DNA from: Ramazzottius varieornatus
Lineage: Eukaryota > Animalia > Tardigrada
Length of the DNA: 64,000 bases
Reading direction: 5' to 3'
Assembly: GCA_001949185.1 (NCBI GenBank)
Contig: BDGG01000002.1
Span: forward strand, 496,001-560,000
Below are positions 1 to 12,877 of this stretch, piece by piece. Below the pieces are notes generated by a model. The model worked only from the letters and a program-made list of their open reading frames with translations. It was not told the DNA's origin and searched no databases. Every line of letters begins with the position of its first letter. Position 1 is the stretch's first letter. The translations under genes were made by a program, and so were the position numbers.

Positions 1-263
1 AATGTTCGCCGTACTTGCTAATTACAATTAAATGCCCGACAAGAGGCTTTTTTCCAGGTGGCGCACTCCTCCAGTCTTAGCAACTAGTGGTGTGCGCCAC
101 TTGGAACAATGGTCTTGTCCATTTTTGTCCATCTCCCCAAGTGGCGCACGTTCTCAGTTCCACTGACTGGAAGCATGCGCCACTGGGGAAATAATGGGGA
201 AGTTTGTCAGCCAGGCTTGCCGAATGAATTGGGACTGGCAGAAATACAAATTTCGTTTTGCAG

Positions 264-802
264 ATTCAGATATGGACATTTCGGCGGCACTAGACTTGGA
301 TGACACAGCAAAGAAGACGAGAAATGGAGGCGAAAGTCCGCAAGGAGATTTCGAGCCGATGTCTGTGGTTGAAGAGGGCGAACTGTCGGACGACGACGCA
401 AGTCCCGCTCTACGCATCGACTTGGAACCCATCTCAGATGCCGAAGAAGTCCACGAAGCTCCGCAGGAAAGTGCCGTTGCAGCACAAGGTGAAGAGGTGG
501 CCATCACCGGAGAAGCTGCAACAGAAGCAATCGGACAGCCAAGTCAACAAGGCGAGACTGTAAAGCAAGTTGAAAGATGCTGGTTGCCTTTTGAGTACAG
601 CTGTGACGAGCCTGTGGCCAAGCTGCTAGAAGTGGTGTGTGCGATAGAAGATGGTCGGTTTATGATTCAGTTAGAAGGCTGTTGGAAGAGGACACTTATA
701 ACCATGGCAGATATGCAAAAGTATTACTTTGAGCACTTGATAGCCTACCTGCAGCGCTTCCGGAAGGAACCTGTACCCAAAAACTTTGCCTTGAAAAGCT
801 GA
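264..802 (+). CDS. Last exon of a gene entering from upstream; acidic disordered region followed by a possible chromo-shadow-like domain
   Basis: Acceptor ttttgcag at 263, then an open frame DSDMDISAALDLDD...PKNFALKS*. The C-terminal segment EPVAKLLEVVCAIEDGRFMIQLEGCWKRTLITMADMQKYYFEHLIAYLQRF has an HP1 chromo-shadow-like hydrophobic pattern (judged by eye). Confidence 0.55.
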
Positions 803-971
803 CCGTATTATGTGTGACAGGAACACTTCTGTGATATTCCATGGCCTCTCTCTCTCTCTTTTCCATTTTTCTCTTCCTGGACTAGAAGTTTCATTTGGAT
901 GTTTCTTTGGAGAAAGCTGCTTTCCATTTATTCTTGTTTTAATGAAATCATAGCTCTGGTTCTTGTTTTGG

Positions 972-1930
972 TCAGATTGAAATTTCGACTCTTCTTCCCT
1001 TGTTGTGGTTGCGTAAGAGGTTTTTGTCTTGGATGTCGTACGAGAGTTTAGTGCCGAATAAACCTGATGGAGTTTCTGCGTTATTGCCGAGGACGATGCT
1101 ATTGTCAAGCAGTGAGTATGAAGCTTTAAATGTTAATAGAGAGCAGGTATATGAAACTTCGTACCCGCCGTGGAAGGGAAGGGCCTTGTGCCAAGGTACA
1201 ATCACGTAATCGTTTAGTCCGGCCATTTTCCCCCTACATACATCAGCACTTTCTACCAGGAAGTACAGACCAAATAAGCAGGCGATCTGCAAGCAAAGAG
1301 GTTTCGTCTGTCGGATTTTTAAGGTTTTGTCGCGGGAAAGTCGTTGTGACAACAGGTGCTTCGTTTGTGTTACTTGCTGTCGGAACAACCTCCTTATCGT
1401 GTCCTTCTCCTTCATCTCCACTGAAATACACCGTAGGCGTGCGGCTCTTTCTCGGAGTTAGAAATGTATCGTCATTGGTAACACGGATAACCGTTGATAT
1501 CAGAAATCGAACACAGAATCCAGAAGCGAGGAATCCTCTCTTCCGTGGAAGGCTACTCACTGTGCAGATTCCAAGGTCAAGAGCTGTTTCCGCAGAAATA
1601 TCATTTTTGAATGTCGCTGTATCAACGCGAATGCGCCACCCAAAAATCAGGTTTGTCTTTCGGTGTAAGTTCTGCGATCAGTCACTATTCTTACCAGCAG
1701 GAAGACCTAACGTTCTTCTATGAGAAATCAACCAAATATCGTATCTCTGACAAGAGCATCCGGAGTTCCAAGCCAAAACCTCAACGGCTCAGCGCAAAAT
1801 ATTACCCCGAACTGCTTGTTTTCGTTATTCCACAAAACGCTTTTGAATTTGGAAAATCAGTCTTTGGCAATTAAACCAAACCGCACATGCAGAAATTTGG
1901 GAGATCGAAGGTACCGTCGCAAAAACCATA
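972..1930 (-). CDS. Possible multi-exon gene of unknown function
   Basis: A chain of small GT-AG-bounded segments joins with consistent phases (MVFAT|TDFPNSKAFCGITKTSSSG|RTLGLPA|ATFKNDISAETALDLGICT) into ORF 1243-1560 and then ...GKMAGLNDYVIVPW...VEISI*. The last intron would be only 37 nt. No recognisable domain. Confidence 0.25.
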
Positions 1931-3427
1931 GCACGGCTACGGCCAAGATCAGTCAACCTGAACTTAATCAGAACTAAATGCTCCGAAAAAGTTGCGATTT
2001 GCCCCGATCACTACCCGCATATATATATATACAAAAGTCCCCCGCGGCAGACGACCATTTTAACTAGGAAACTTTTGGAGAAATTTTGTTGCTTGGAAAA
2101 TGGGCTGTTTTTTTTGGATAGAGAGCTAGGCAGAGCCAATTGTATGTGGTCTTTCGGATACAGTTGAGGAAAACCGGAGGGACAAGGGTTGCTTGGCCGC
2201 ACTGTGCATGCAGGTGGCCAGGCCGAACGATCCCGGCATATACCCTGAGAACAGCAACTGTCGCTGGACGGCCACACCGTGGCACACGAAAGTTGTGTCG
2301 TAGTCTTCACTCTTGTACGGCAGCGACTTAATTCAATGAAAGGAGCCACGATGAGTATTGCCGCCTGCCGAAGACAGAGCACCATCGAACGAGATGAGAC
2401 GTACAAGGCTCAGGACGGAATCTCCTGAAGATGGGTTTCTCGCACTCCCCTCCTTGTAAGGCGTTCAGACAAGTGTGCCCGGATTTAAGACTGTCGGACG
2501 GCCACAACCATCTTTTCCAATCGGCGTCGAGTCCCACTGGCCTGCTCAGAACTTTGTTCTACAACTGTAATCATGGCCGTGTGTGCATACTGTAATGCTT
2601 CATGAACTTCGCGAAACACGTATTATACACGTGCAGTTGAGCCCCGGTCCGAAAATTTGGCCCTACCAATGCCCTAAGGGATGTTTCGCGCGTATAATGA
2701 CGTAGTTCGCAAAGTTCATGGAGCATTACAGTAGGCAGTGGTATAATACATACTTCTAGGCCGAAAGACTTGAGTAGCATTAACCTGAACTTTCAGTTGT
2801 TTCTGTCAGCTAGTTTGTGTTGATAGTACGGTACTGTACATCTATCTGAACTCAGTCAGTTTTCAAGTATAGTACCATAGTTAAACAGTAGGTTTTTGAT
2901 ACGAAAGGAAAGGGCGTCAAGCGAAGGTAGTCGTCTGTCAATGCTTATGGAGCGAAGAAGTGCGGGCCAAATAAGAACATCTACGCGGCACTCATTTCCA
3001 CGTAGAAAAAGCTAAAAGATAAAATGGTTCATTTGCTTGTGATGGTCATGCCCAGACGAGGTCTGCGACTTTGATTTGTCAAGATCGACGGCGGAGACTG
3101 GCAGGAAGACGGGTAAATAGGCCTCTTGGAGTGGCTTCAATGGCAGTTACGTAGGCTTTTCTCTTGGAGATATTGATAGTACCGGTGGGCCGATCGATTT
3201 TCGCCTTTACTTTACAGTGGGGATTAACCATTGACCGTAGAGTACGAATGTACGATGGCAGGTAAAGGGAAGGGAAAGGGGAAGAGTTGGTGGCTAATTC
3301 ACAAGGGGACTGTGCCTGTCCCGATGTCCCGGTATAGCCAAAGGCGCAAACCGCTGCGGCAAAACGATAGAAGAGAATCTATGACATGATATGGGCTAGG
3401 GAGTTAAATCCCCCGACCGGAGTGGGC

Positions 3428-3781
3428 CCCGACGATCCTGGAACAGACTACAGGACTCCGGACTCGGAAGTGACGGACCTAACTTACAGTACTGCAGTGA
3501 CGTAAGCTCTTCGATTGGCAGTTTAAATTGAAGAGATATTGCAACTCAGACGGACAGCTGTTCCCTCAGAATCGGACTGCATAGTGTGCTATTATAGCAC
3601 ATCTTCAGCCAGTTTTGGCACGCTGCTCGCTTAGTCCCCACCTTTTGATCAGTTTGAGTAGCTTGTTTGTAATGTCTTCAATCAACACTTGCAATCAAAG
3701 AGCTTCACAGCATCGCGGTATACTGGAGCCGACAAAGGACTTTCATTTCCGAGTCTTGTAGTTTATTCCAGGATCGTCGGG
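3428..3781. mobile_element. MITE-like element of about 354 bp with imperfect terminal inverted repeats of about 30 bp
   Basis: Left end cccgacgatcctggaacagactacaggactc; reverse complement of right end cccgacgatcctggaataaactacaagactc. No clear TSD and no ORF. Confidence 0.65.
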
Positions 3782-4483
3782 TTATTTAGCTACACGGCTC
3801 AGATCACAGAAAAGACTCTCTTCTGTCGTTTTGCCGGGACGTCGTCGCGACACCCGTAATGGCCTTGTCATTATGTTCGTTGCTGTATGATCGTTATATA
3901 TGATAGATGGAGCAAGGCCAGTCTGGTGTTGGTCATATGTTGTGATTGAGTCACGACATTCGTGCGCCGCGTAATCGACCGTATTTACCTTACACATCTC
4001 CTTTTTCCTCCTGCTCTTCAGCCCCTCTTTCCAGCCAGCTCATGAGTTAATTTCCATCAGTGATCCTCCAAGAATCATCTCTGCGTCTTTTTCCTACAAC
4101 CAAAAATAATTTTCCGTGCTTTTCCGGCCGGAGCTTCTTGGATGAACACGAGCAGTACTCGTCCTTGTAATCCCACCGTAATCGAGTCGATTTGGTTGAC
4201 TGGATTTTGCATACCCGATACACCCTCTTCTAAATTTTGTCGACGATGCATTTCTTTATCGAGAGGTATCGTAAAACACACCGATTGCTCAAATTCCACA
4301 TTCACATTACCCTTATCTTCTTTTGATGCTACGATTGTTGTTTTTTTCCCGGTTACTGCAGGTGAATCTCAGCGACTCGGTTGAGTATTTGTCCCAACTT
4401 TGGGATATCCGCGAGGTTATTTCGAAATTGTCACCGTCTGAGGTCTACCGGGAAATTTGGCTGTTCATGGAAAAAAGAGTGTC

Positions 4484-6356
4484 ATGGGTAACTCCGTTGT
4501 CGTCCGCCGTTCTTTGCCATACTGTTGCTGTCCCGCGGTCAAGATCTCTCCGGCTGCCCTGGTCGACGAGATGGTCGTCATCAAGACTGTCCAAAATGGT
4601 CAGCAAAACCATGATGGACTAACACGGCCACCCTCAGTTGCAGCCAACACCGCAGTGTCCATAAACAGTATTATCCCCTTGACGGCTGCTGCTGCTGCCA
4701 CTGCCAGTCAGGTGAAGCTTCCGCTTTCTGATAGGAATGGGGTTTCGGTCAAACCAGCGGAGGCTGTTTCGACGGCTCCTTCCGCCGCGTACCTCAACCG
4801 TGCCTCGCTTTCCTCCCCTCTTCTCGACAGGTACTCGCGCGACAACTGCCCCATATGCTTGTTACTAATTGGGCTGGATAACAGCGGGAAGACCAGCTTC
4901 CTGCAGAGCATGGCGCAACGTTACCCCAATAAAGCTCAAGGTCGGACGCCGCCTGCCCTCGACTTGAGTGACCCCAAACCCACCATGGGCTTCTCCAAAG
5001 ACGAAGTGCAGTACAAGAAACACCTGCTGCTTCTGCACGACCTGGGCGGTGCGAAAAATATCCGGCCTATCTGGAAAAATTACTTTTCGGAGGCGCACGG
5101 TATTGTCCTCGTCGTTGACGGCTCTCTGCCAATAGACAGTCCCCGCTGGGACGAGCTGAATAAGATTTTCGAGGATCTGACGGCCAGCGAGGATTCCGGT
5201 CTTCAGTCCCGCCCTTTGCTCATTTTTCTCAATAAAAAGGTGGATACTTGTATCCTAAGTGGCATCTCAGCAAACAAACTCGACAAAACCAATTTCCCAA
5301 GCGACGCATTCTTACACTAGCATTGGCATGAAGCGTGCGCCACTTTGAACGAAGATCCTGTCGAGTTGTCAAGTTTTTTACAAAAAGATCTTGTCGAGTT
5401 TTCTTTGACCAACTCTTGTCGCAGTTCAACTTTTGACCTTGGTCGAAAAAAGAGGGAAGAAAGAAAGAAATGGATTAATAATCAAATAGACTGCTGACAG
5501 TAGTTTCTTAACAGTAGTTTCTTAACATTCCGATATCTGTCATTTTTCTACGAGATTTTGTGCCTGTCAATATAATTGTTTTCTTCGTTCTCTTCAGGAT
5601 GTCAAACCCAGTATTGATTTGGACCAGTTTCGGACAAAGATGGATCAATTGCCGAATTTCATGGAGGAATATTCCATATCCTCACGGACATTTCCGGTAT
5701 GCCTGCGGGAGAAGCAGCACATTGCCGGCATGAGTGGGCGCTCTCAGCTCTGCCACAAAAACATCGAAGAAGGTCTTCTCTGGCTGGTTCGCCACATCGA
5801 AGATCACTTTCCTTCACTGCACATGAAGGTCCAAGCTGACACACGTCAACAGATGCAGCGTGATGAATACCTACGCAAAGAGCGCGCTGCCAGGATGAAA
5901 GCTCTTCGTGAGGCTCAAGACGCCGAGGACGCCTTGGCTGCAGAAGGCTCCAGCAGCAACGTCCTGGGTTCGTCGCCCTTTATCCCCTTGGAGAAGCACC
6001 TGCAACGCGTGGAACGCAGAAGGTCAAGCCTGCTCTCCTCCACAATGCCCACAGAAATGCCAAACAGCAAAAAGCGACATTCAGTGTCCATACCGTTACG
6101 CAGCTCAAGCATGCCCAGGGATCTGCATGCCCCAGCCGTGAGCAACCTTTCCGATGAATATCCGTCCTCTCAAGTCTTTCTGGATGAAGCTGTTGATGGC
6201 AAGCTCTTCCACAACCAGAGAAAGAATGGGAGTGTTAACGGTCAGAAAGTTGATGGTGATTTGATTTCTGACGATGGAAGAACTCCCCAGCCACAGCGGA
6301 AACTGTCCCGTCCGCCCATTTACAGAAGAATGTCCCTACCATCGTCCAAGTTTTAG
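4484..6356 (+). CDS. ARL13B: ADP-ribosylation factor-like 13B (ciliary GTPase), 2 exons
   Basis: Exons 4484-5239 and 5598-6356; splicing creates NKKD (G4). Also GLDNSGKT (G1), PTMGF, ARL13-type DLGG lacking the catalytic Gln, IRPIWKNYFSEAHG, coiled coil LRKERAARMKALRE, and an N-terminal CCC. Confidence 0.9.
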
Positions 6357-6648
6357 CAGACGTAAAGCTTAACTATTTTTATAATCAAATTGCGTGTTAC
6401 CCAAACGACGGTATTTTTCAGATCAATTTTATTCAGATTTTGCTGGTTGGCTTCTGGTTACTGGCTCCAGATTGCAGCGCGGAGGTCAAATCAAAAAATT
6501 TGCGATCAATCAAATTTTTCTGCCACATTTGTACAAAATGGATTTTTTCTCAAAAATGTTCGTTATGAGAATTCATTCGTGAAATACCGAATGCGATACA
6601 TCGAATTGGGAAGCTAGTACTCCATAGCCAGCGCATGCGGCGCCATCT

Positions 6649-9600
6649 ATGGAAGGGTGTTCGCCCGAATGTAATGAGTACGTACTCGGACTCTCAAGTT
6701 GCAAGTACGACTTCTCGTATGGATTCGTGGGCCGGGACTTTCTACCTCGTGGTTCGGGTATTGTCACCAGAGTTCCGTTGGTTCTTCAACTTGTCCATAC
6801 TCCGAAGAAGAGCAAAGGTAAACCTCGTTCTTGTTGACTGAAGAACTGGACATGCGTCTTGCCAACGCGCGGTGGGCCCAAGTTAAGTACTTTCTGCATT
6901 TATGTGGATGCAGATGGTGTGGAGGAATGGGGTCAATTTCTGCACAACCCCGGACAGAAGTTCACGGATTTTGACGAAATTCGAGGGGAGATCGACGCCC
7001 AAACGGCCGAGTTAGCTGGAAGTTCCGAGGTGAGACATGATTACAAATCGGAGCTCGGTAAACCAACTCCGTATGATGGTTTACGCAAGTGGCGCATCTT
7101 GTCGATGTTCTTGGCCGAAATCGTGCACCCCCTGGGAAAAGCGAACGTTGGCAGTCTGTTTTCCCAAGTGGCGCACGTTTATAGTGTCACTGGCCGAAAG
7201 GATGGGCCACTTGGGCAACCACTTGGGCAACTTTGTGGAGTTTGTTTGGCCAGGTCCAGAATGTTCTTGCGCTCATGCGATGCTCTGCTTTGCTAATGGA
7301 GTAGAATGACATGGAAGTCAGTCACCTTCTTTTACTTCTATCGACAGGATAAAGGTGTGGTGGACAAGCCCATCAATCTGACAATCTATTCTCCGACCGT
7401 GGTCAACATCACGCTGGTCGACCTTCCCGGAGTGGTGACGGTAAGATGGCCTTCCCAACGATGATAACCTCAAGGGGAATAGTCACCCTTGTTCGGAGGT
7501 AGCGTTGGCAGTCGAGTCACTGTACTTGTCCTTCTTACAAAGGTTCCGCTGCCGACACAGCCCAAAGATATTGAAGCGCAGGTTCGCAGTATGATCTTGG
7601 ATTATATCAGGCCGGAAAACGTCATCATTCTGGCAGTCACTCCCATCAACGCGGACATGGCTACGTCCGAAGCACTCAAATTAGCCAAAATCGTCGATCC
7701 CGAAGGTTAATTAAGTAGCAATATTCAACCAAGTTTGCTGTACGTGTACCTGACTTCAACTTGCCAGTTAAACTGGCCCTTTTTCTACGAGAACGTCTAA
7801 CAAGGCCGTGGACGGCATCAGTGTCTTCGATGTTTGTGTAGAAATATCGTAGAAAAGAAGGCTGTGCAAGTGTTTGGTACCAGTTTCGAATGGTCAAAAC
7901 TAGGGGGCGTTTTTGTTGTAGGCAAACGAACTTTGGCTGTTCTGACTAAGCTGGACCTCATGGATCCAGGGACGGACGCCAACGAGGCTATGGCAGGCCA
8001 TGTCATTCCTGTCAAGCTGGGCATCATCGGGGTGGTTAACCGATCTCAGCAAGACATCAAAGACAAGAAGGTTTGTCTGGTCGCAGCACCACCTTCTTCA
8101 GATCCGTCGTAATGTAATGCAAACTGTATGACTTGTTCGTGTAGTCAATCGAAGACTGCCTCAAGCAGGAAAAGAAGTTCTTCCTCGAGAAGTATCCTAA
8201 CTTTGCAGCAAGAAGCGGGACGCCCTTCCTAGCTTGTAAACTGAATACAGTACGCGATGTTACATATTCCTGATAGGTCTCGTCAAGAACTCGACAAGAT
8301 CGCTTTCCCAACTGGCGCACGTTTTTAGTCTTATTGGCTAGACGAATGCGCCACTTTGCCTGTAGCATTTCAGTTCAGTCAGTGGAAGACTGCGTCACTT
8401 GGAAGTCTTGTCGATTTTAGTTGTATTTCCAAGTGGCGCATGTTGTTATTGTTATTGGCTGAGCGGATGCGCCACTTTGGCAAAGTTGGACTGTTCTCCC
8501 GAGTGGCGTACGTTTACAGTGTTGTTGGTCGAGAGCGTGCGCCGAATGCAAAAACAAGGTGATGTTAACTGCCGCTTTTCCTCGTGCTCCTAGCTGTTGA
8601 TGGGGCATCTGAAGGCCCACCTGCCCAAGTACAAGGTGTTAATCAACAAGAAGATTGCCGAGCAGGAGGAACTCTTGACGGCGCTTGGCGAAGAAATCCT
8701 TCCTGAAAACAAGCATAAGATGCTACGGGAGCTCATCAACAAGGTCGTCAAGGAGTTCTGCGGACGCATTGACGGCCAAGCAATGCCCGATTTCGCTGAA
8801 GGCACTGCGGGCGATATGAAGCTGTCTGGTGGGGCCAAGATCAACCGGGACATATTCTACGGCTCCTTCAAAGAAGACCTTGATGAGATCATTCCGTTAG
8901 CTGACGTGACGCAGTTTCACATTATCCAGATGCTGCGCTCAACCGCCGTAAGTTGCCTCTTCCTCTCAAGTCAGTCCCGCGGCCACTTTTCCCTGATACA
9001 GCATAGACGAATATGCTTTGCTTGTTGCAGGGTTTACAACCGCATGTATTTGTGTCGGACGAGGTCTTCATGAAACTGGCCAGGAAGGAGGTTGGGCGTT
9101 TGAGTAAACCCAGCGAGCGCTGCGTTGAGCGCGTCCATGATGAGCTGCGGACTTTGATCGAAAAGTACGGACCGGAATGCAAGGTACGAGTATCGGTATG
9201 TTTTTGGAACAGCAACTGCTAAACTGCCAATAAGGGAACTCTTCCTTTTAGCGCGATTTCGACCGTTTTCCGCGGTGTCGTGACAAGATCATCGGCATCA
9301 CGCAAGAGTTTGTGAGCAGGACGAAGAAGGACGCACTTCTGCTCGTGAAGGACCTAGTTAACGTAAGCTTTACTTTGGCCCAAGTTCTACCCACAGAAAG
9401 TCCAACTGTGTTTCTACGTCTGACTAATCTGGTGTTCGTTCAGATTCAGACGGGGTTCATCAACACTCGCCATAAAGACTTTCAAGAAGAAGCTGCCGTC
9501 TTGTTGAGCACACAGCAACGTCGTCGACTGGAACAGGAGGAGGCCAAGAAGGAAGCCGAACACGCCAAGAAAGACTGGGTCGATGATGGCTATCATCCTA

Positions 9601-10224
9601 AGAGCTTTCATGCCATAGCGGCTATAAAAGCTCTGGGGGAAAAGCAGAAGAATCGGGGAGAAGGCAGCGGTGATGCTGACCGCTGGTTGGCAGAGGAACG
9701 CGAAATGGAAGATGGCGATATGATGCGCGAGCTGGCCCAGAAGTACTTCGGCATCGCCAGGGATGCTATCGAGGACGGCGTGCCCAAAGCCATTTTTCAG
9801 AAGCTGATTCAACCCGTCAAGGTACACGTACAGTAAGAACCGGACAAAAATTAATTCGCATCTTGAACTTCGTCAGTTGGCGCACAATGACAGTGATATT
9901 AGCTGCGAGAATGCGCCACTGGGAAACACCATCTAGCCGATCTTGGCTGTTTTCCCAAGTGACGCACGTTTCCAAGACGAGTATCGATAAAGGGTTTCCG
10001 GCCATCTTTGATCAAAATCGCAAGTGACTGCAGATCTCATCCGTTTGTTGTAGAATGGCTTGCAGACAGAACTGTACGAGGAGCTAGTTGTTTCCGGACT
10101 TGGGACGGACTTGCTGGAGGAGACTGGCGACGCGGAAGCCTCTCGCAAGGAGGCCAAGCATACGTTGGAAGGCTTGTTGCAGGCTTTTGATATCATCCAC
10201 GAAGTGCGCGAGTTCAACGTCTGA
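6649..10224 (+). CDS. DNM1L-like: Dynamin-1-like (Drp1/Vps1-type) protein, 11 exons, divergent, canonical P-loop absent
   Basis: Exons 6649-6817, 6914-7029, 7348-7440, 7543-7705, 7922-8070, 8145-8249, 8594-8947, 9031-9183, 9252-9362, 9444-9821, 10054-10224, all phases consistent. Motifs: [49 protein letters not shown], and GED DGVPKAI. No PH domain or PRD. Confidence 0.85.
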
Positions 10225-12121
10225 GGTTGCCGCTTTCTTATTCTTTTTGGTCGTTTCCAAGATAGATGCTGTATGTTTTTCGTCTTACGGAATAGTCGGT
10301 CGTCGACTTTCCAGAAGCCTGGCTAGCCAGGCAAGCTTTCTTGTACTTTGGGTATTGAACTATGGGGAAGCGGAGTAATAGCGTGTGATCACAACACACA
10401 TAGTGCGACGAACATTGGAAGAACGAAAATTCGCATTTTTGATAAACGTGTAATTTGATCATGGTTGGAAGGGATCGCATAATCTGCTGCAGAGTGTATT
10501 GACACAGTTCTCCACTTTTCATCATGTTAGACAAAGCTCGCATGGCGCAAGTGCGCAAATCACGGCGAGGAGTATTGAGTTGGAGCGGGACCTTGTATCG
10601 GCATTACCATAACCTTATCATGGCTGGTCTCAACATCTGCCGGCATTGATACGCCATACGAGCCTCGTAAATGTCCAAACACTGCGAAACAGCAATGGCC
10701 AAACAGGCAGAAAATCATTCTCATAGTGCAGAAGCTTAATCTGTGCGGAAATATGTCAATGAGAAAATGATCCTGTGCCTGGATGGCCTATTAGAAAGCC
10801 ACGACTAACTTCTGTCTTCGGTTTAGAGTATATATCTGCCAGTCGGCGACGGTCATGCCAAATTAGCTTTCCTCACGTTCGCCACCTTCAGCTTCATGAA
10901 TTCACGTGCCTGAGCGACGTACATGCTCTATTGTCTTCGTCACCGAAGAATTTTCCGTCGTATGCTTTGCCATGACGCATGGCGTGGGAAAACCTCGAAC
11001 GCATACACAATCCAGATGGATTTTGCTGTGAGAGCTCGAAAAGTAAACGCGACAAGATTGCTGTCGCAAGTGGCGCACGCTCCACAGTAGTTAGTGCTAG
11101 AAGGTGCGCCACTTGAACAGACGATCTTGTCGAGTTTGCTTGTTTTCCCAGGTGGCGCACGTTTTCGGTGTTGCTAGCTGGCAGAGTGCGCTACTCAGGA
11201 GCACCCGTGTTTCATTTGAACGGCGATCCAGCCTTATCTAGCAGATAGGCAAAAGAATAGCAGAAACCACCGGCGAAACAAGATCTCTCTCGTTTTTGAA
11301 GCAAAAGCTTAGTATAGATATTCAACGTGGTAATACTGCCTCTGTTCTCGGGACCTTATCTAGTCAAAGATGTTCGGAGATCTATTCTATTGTCGATGTC
11401 AATAACCGAGATTTTTAGCTGATTTGAATTGTTTTATTGTTTTGGGGTCTGGTTCTACTGGGCCTCTTTATGCTTTTGCAAATTGGCTTGCGTTTTGTGC
11501 ATGGCTGTAATTTAAATACTGAATACCTTTAAGAAGTTCGTGATTGGTACTGAGCAAGGAAGCGCAACTGGCTCGATGACGCCATGAGTGCAAACGCTGA
11601 TTATTACGCAGAAACGGCTGGTCGGTTCAGTTCCGCGATGACGTCATGTGCTGGGATTTACAGTGGTGCAGTGCAAAGATGCATCTGTAGACAGCTTATG
11701 GTGATTGAACTGCAGTCTCCACCCTCTCACTCACGTACCATTCAGAACGATCTGCAAGTCAAGCCTCCCCATGGACTTGCTACCACGGATATCCTGTCGG
11801 GCGTTCACGATGGAACAGTGGTTTAACTTTATAGGCCATTTGTACAGGAGAGCTGTCTCTCTGCGACGTTGTACAAAAGTAAAAGTGCGGTAAAGCCTGG
11901 CCATGAGATATATCTGATGGGTTTCCTGGCTATCTCTGACGCAAAAGTAGTTTGCCTCCATGCTGCACCAGTCAAAGTCGCGCGCGCAAGCAAAGTTTAC
12001 AGTTTGATGAAGTGTTGGTTTGTGTACGTAGCTGCCATCGACGGAGCCCACCAGCTTCGCACACACTTTCTGCCAACGTCGGCCCAATTCGGAGCTGAAC
12101 CGAGCTGAGGAGGCTTTTCTG

Positions 12122-12150
12122 GCAACGCAACGCAACGCAACGCAACGCAA
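12122..12150. repeat. (GCAAC)n microsatellite
   Basis: gcaacgcaacgcaacgcaacgcaacgcaa. Confidence 0.9.
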
Positions 12151-12877
12151 GCTTTTCCCTCGTTCTTGAGAAGAGGCATGCTTTGATGCCGAAAACCCTC
12201 AACTGGCGCAAAACATCCTTCTGCCCAGCTTTGCTTATTCGGTGAATATTAAATTCCCCCCAATAGATTCCCCGCCATGTTTATTTGAATCAACCCACTT
12301 TCTAATCCAACTTTTCCGACCCGGGAAACCTCCACTTCAGTGATAGGTTTCTTTCCCGCAAGCCGAAAACCCATCCACCGAAATATCTTCATCCATCCAT
12401 CCATGCGGATAGCTCTTTGAGGAACTCTGATCTGCCGATATCTTTCCATCGGGAATCTTTTAATGCGTGGGATTGTTTTCAGCGGTGTAAAAGGAGCTGA
12501 TATGGGCGGGTAATTGGCCAGCTGTCTTGCCCGAAATAATCATTGCGTTACGCGTACTGCGGACTAGTCCATTTCACTGTAATCTGCTGCCGGGAGCAAT
12601 GGTGTCGAATTGCCTTTGCCCTGGTTCGATAATCGCCCGTGGAACCTGTGCTGATTACCTAGCTTCGTGGCGAGGACATTACTGTTGTTGCTGCTCAGGT
12701 ACGGGTACGAGTACTACCAGGGACTTTGCAGCTCATCCTAATCGATTATGCCACGGCGAGGACGATTATTGCCAGCTTTAACTGTCCTTTCTCCTCCTTT
12801 GCATTCTTCACTTTTGTGGCGGCACTCCCCAGGGAAGCCGCTACCGGAAGTCCCTTTGCACAAAGGCCGGGCTTTGT

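Noticed and set aside
2011-2560. Coding-like minus-strand stretch
   Set aside because: Stops in all frames and no recognisable domain; at most an unidentifiable relic.
4479-4492. RFX X-box candidate (gtgtcatgggtaac) at the ARL13B start
   Set aside because: Only one half-site matches, and it overlaps the ATG.
10238-11000. Possible small minus-strand gene between the dynamin and the receptor
   Set aside because: I could not build a consistent spliced model, and no homology was recognised.
11639-11646. CRE palindromes TGACGTCA (also near 24867, 24927, 41243, 63957)
   Set aside because: Short motif with no TSS data, so function cannot be supported.
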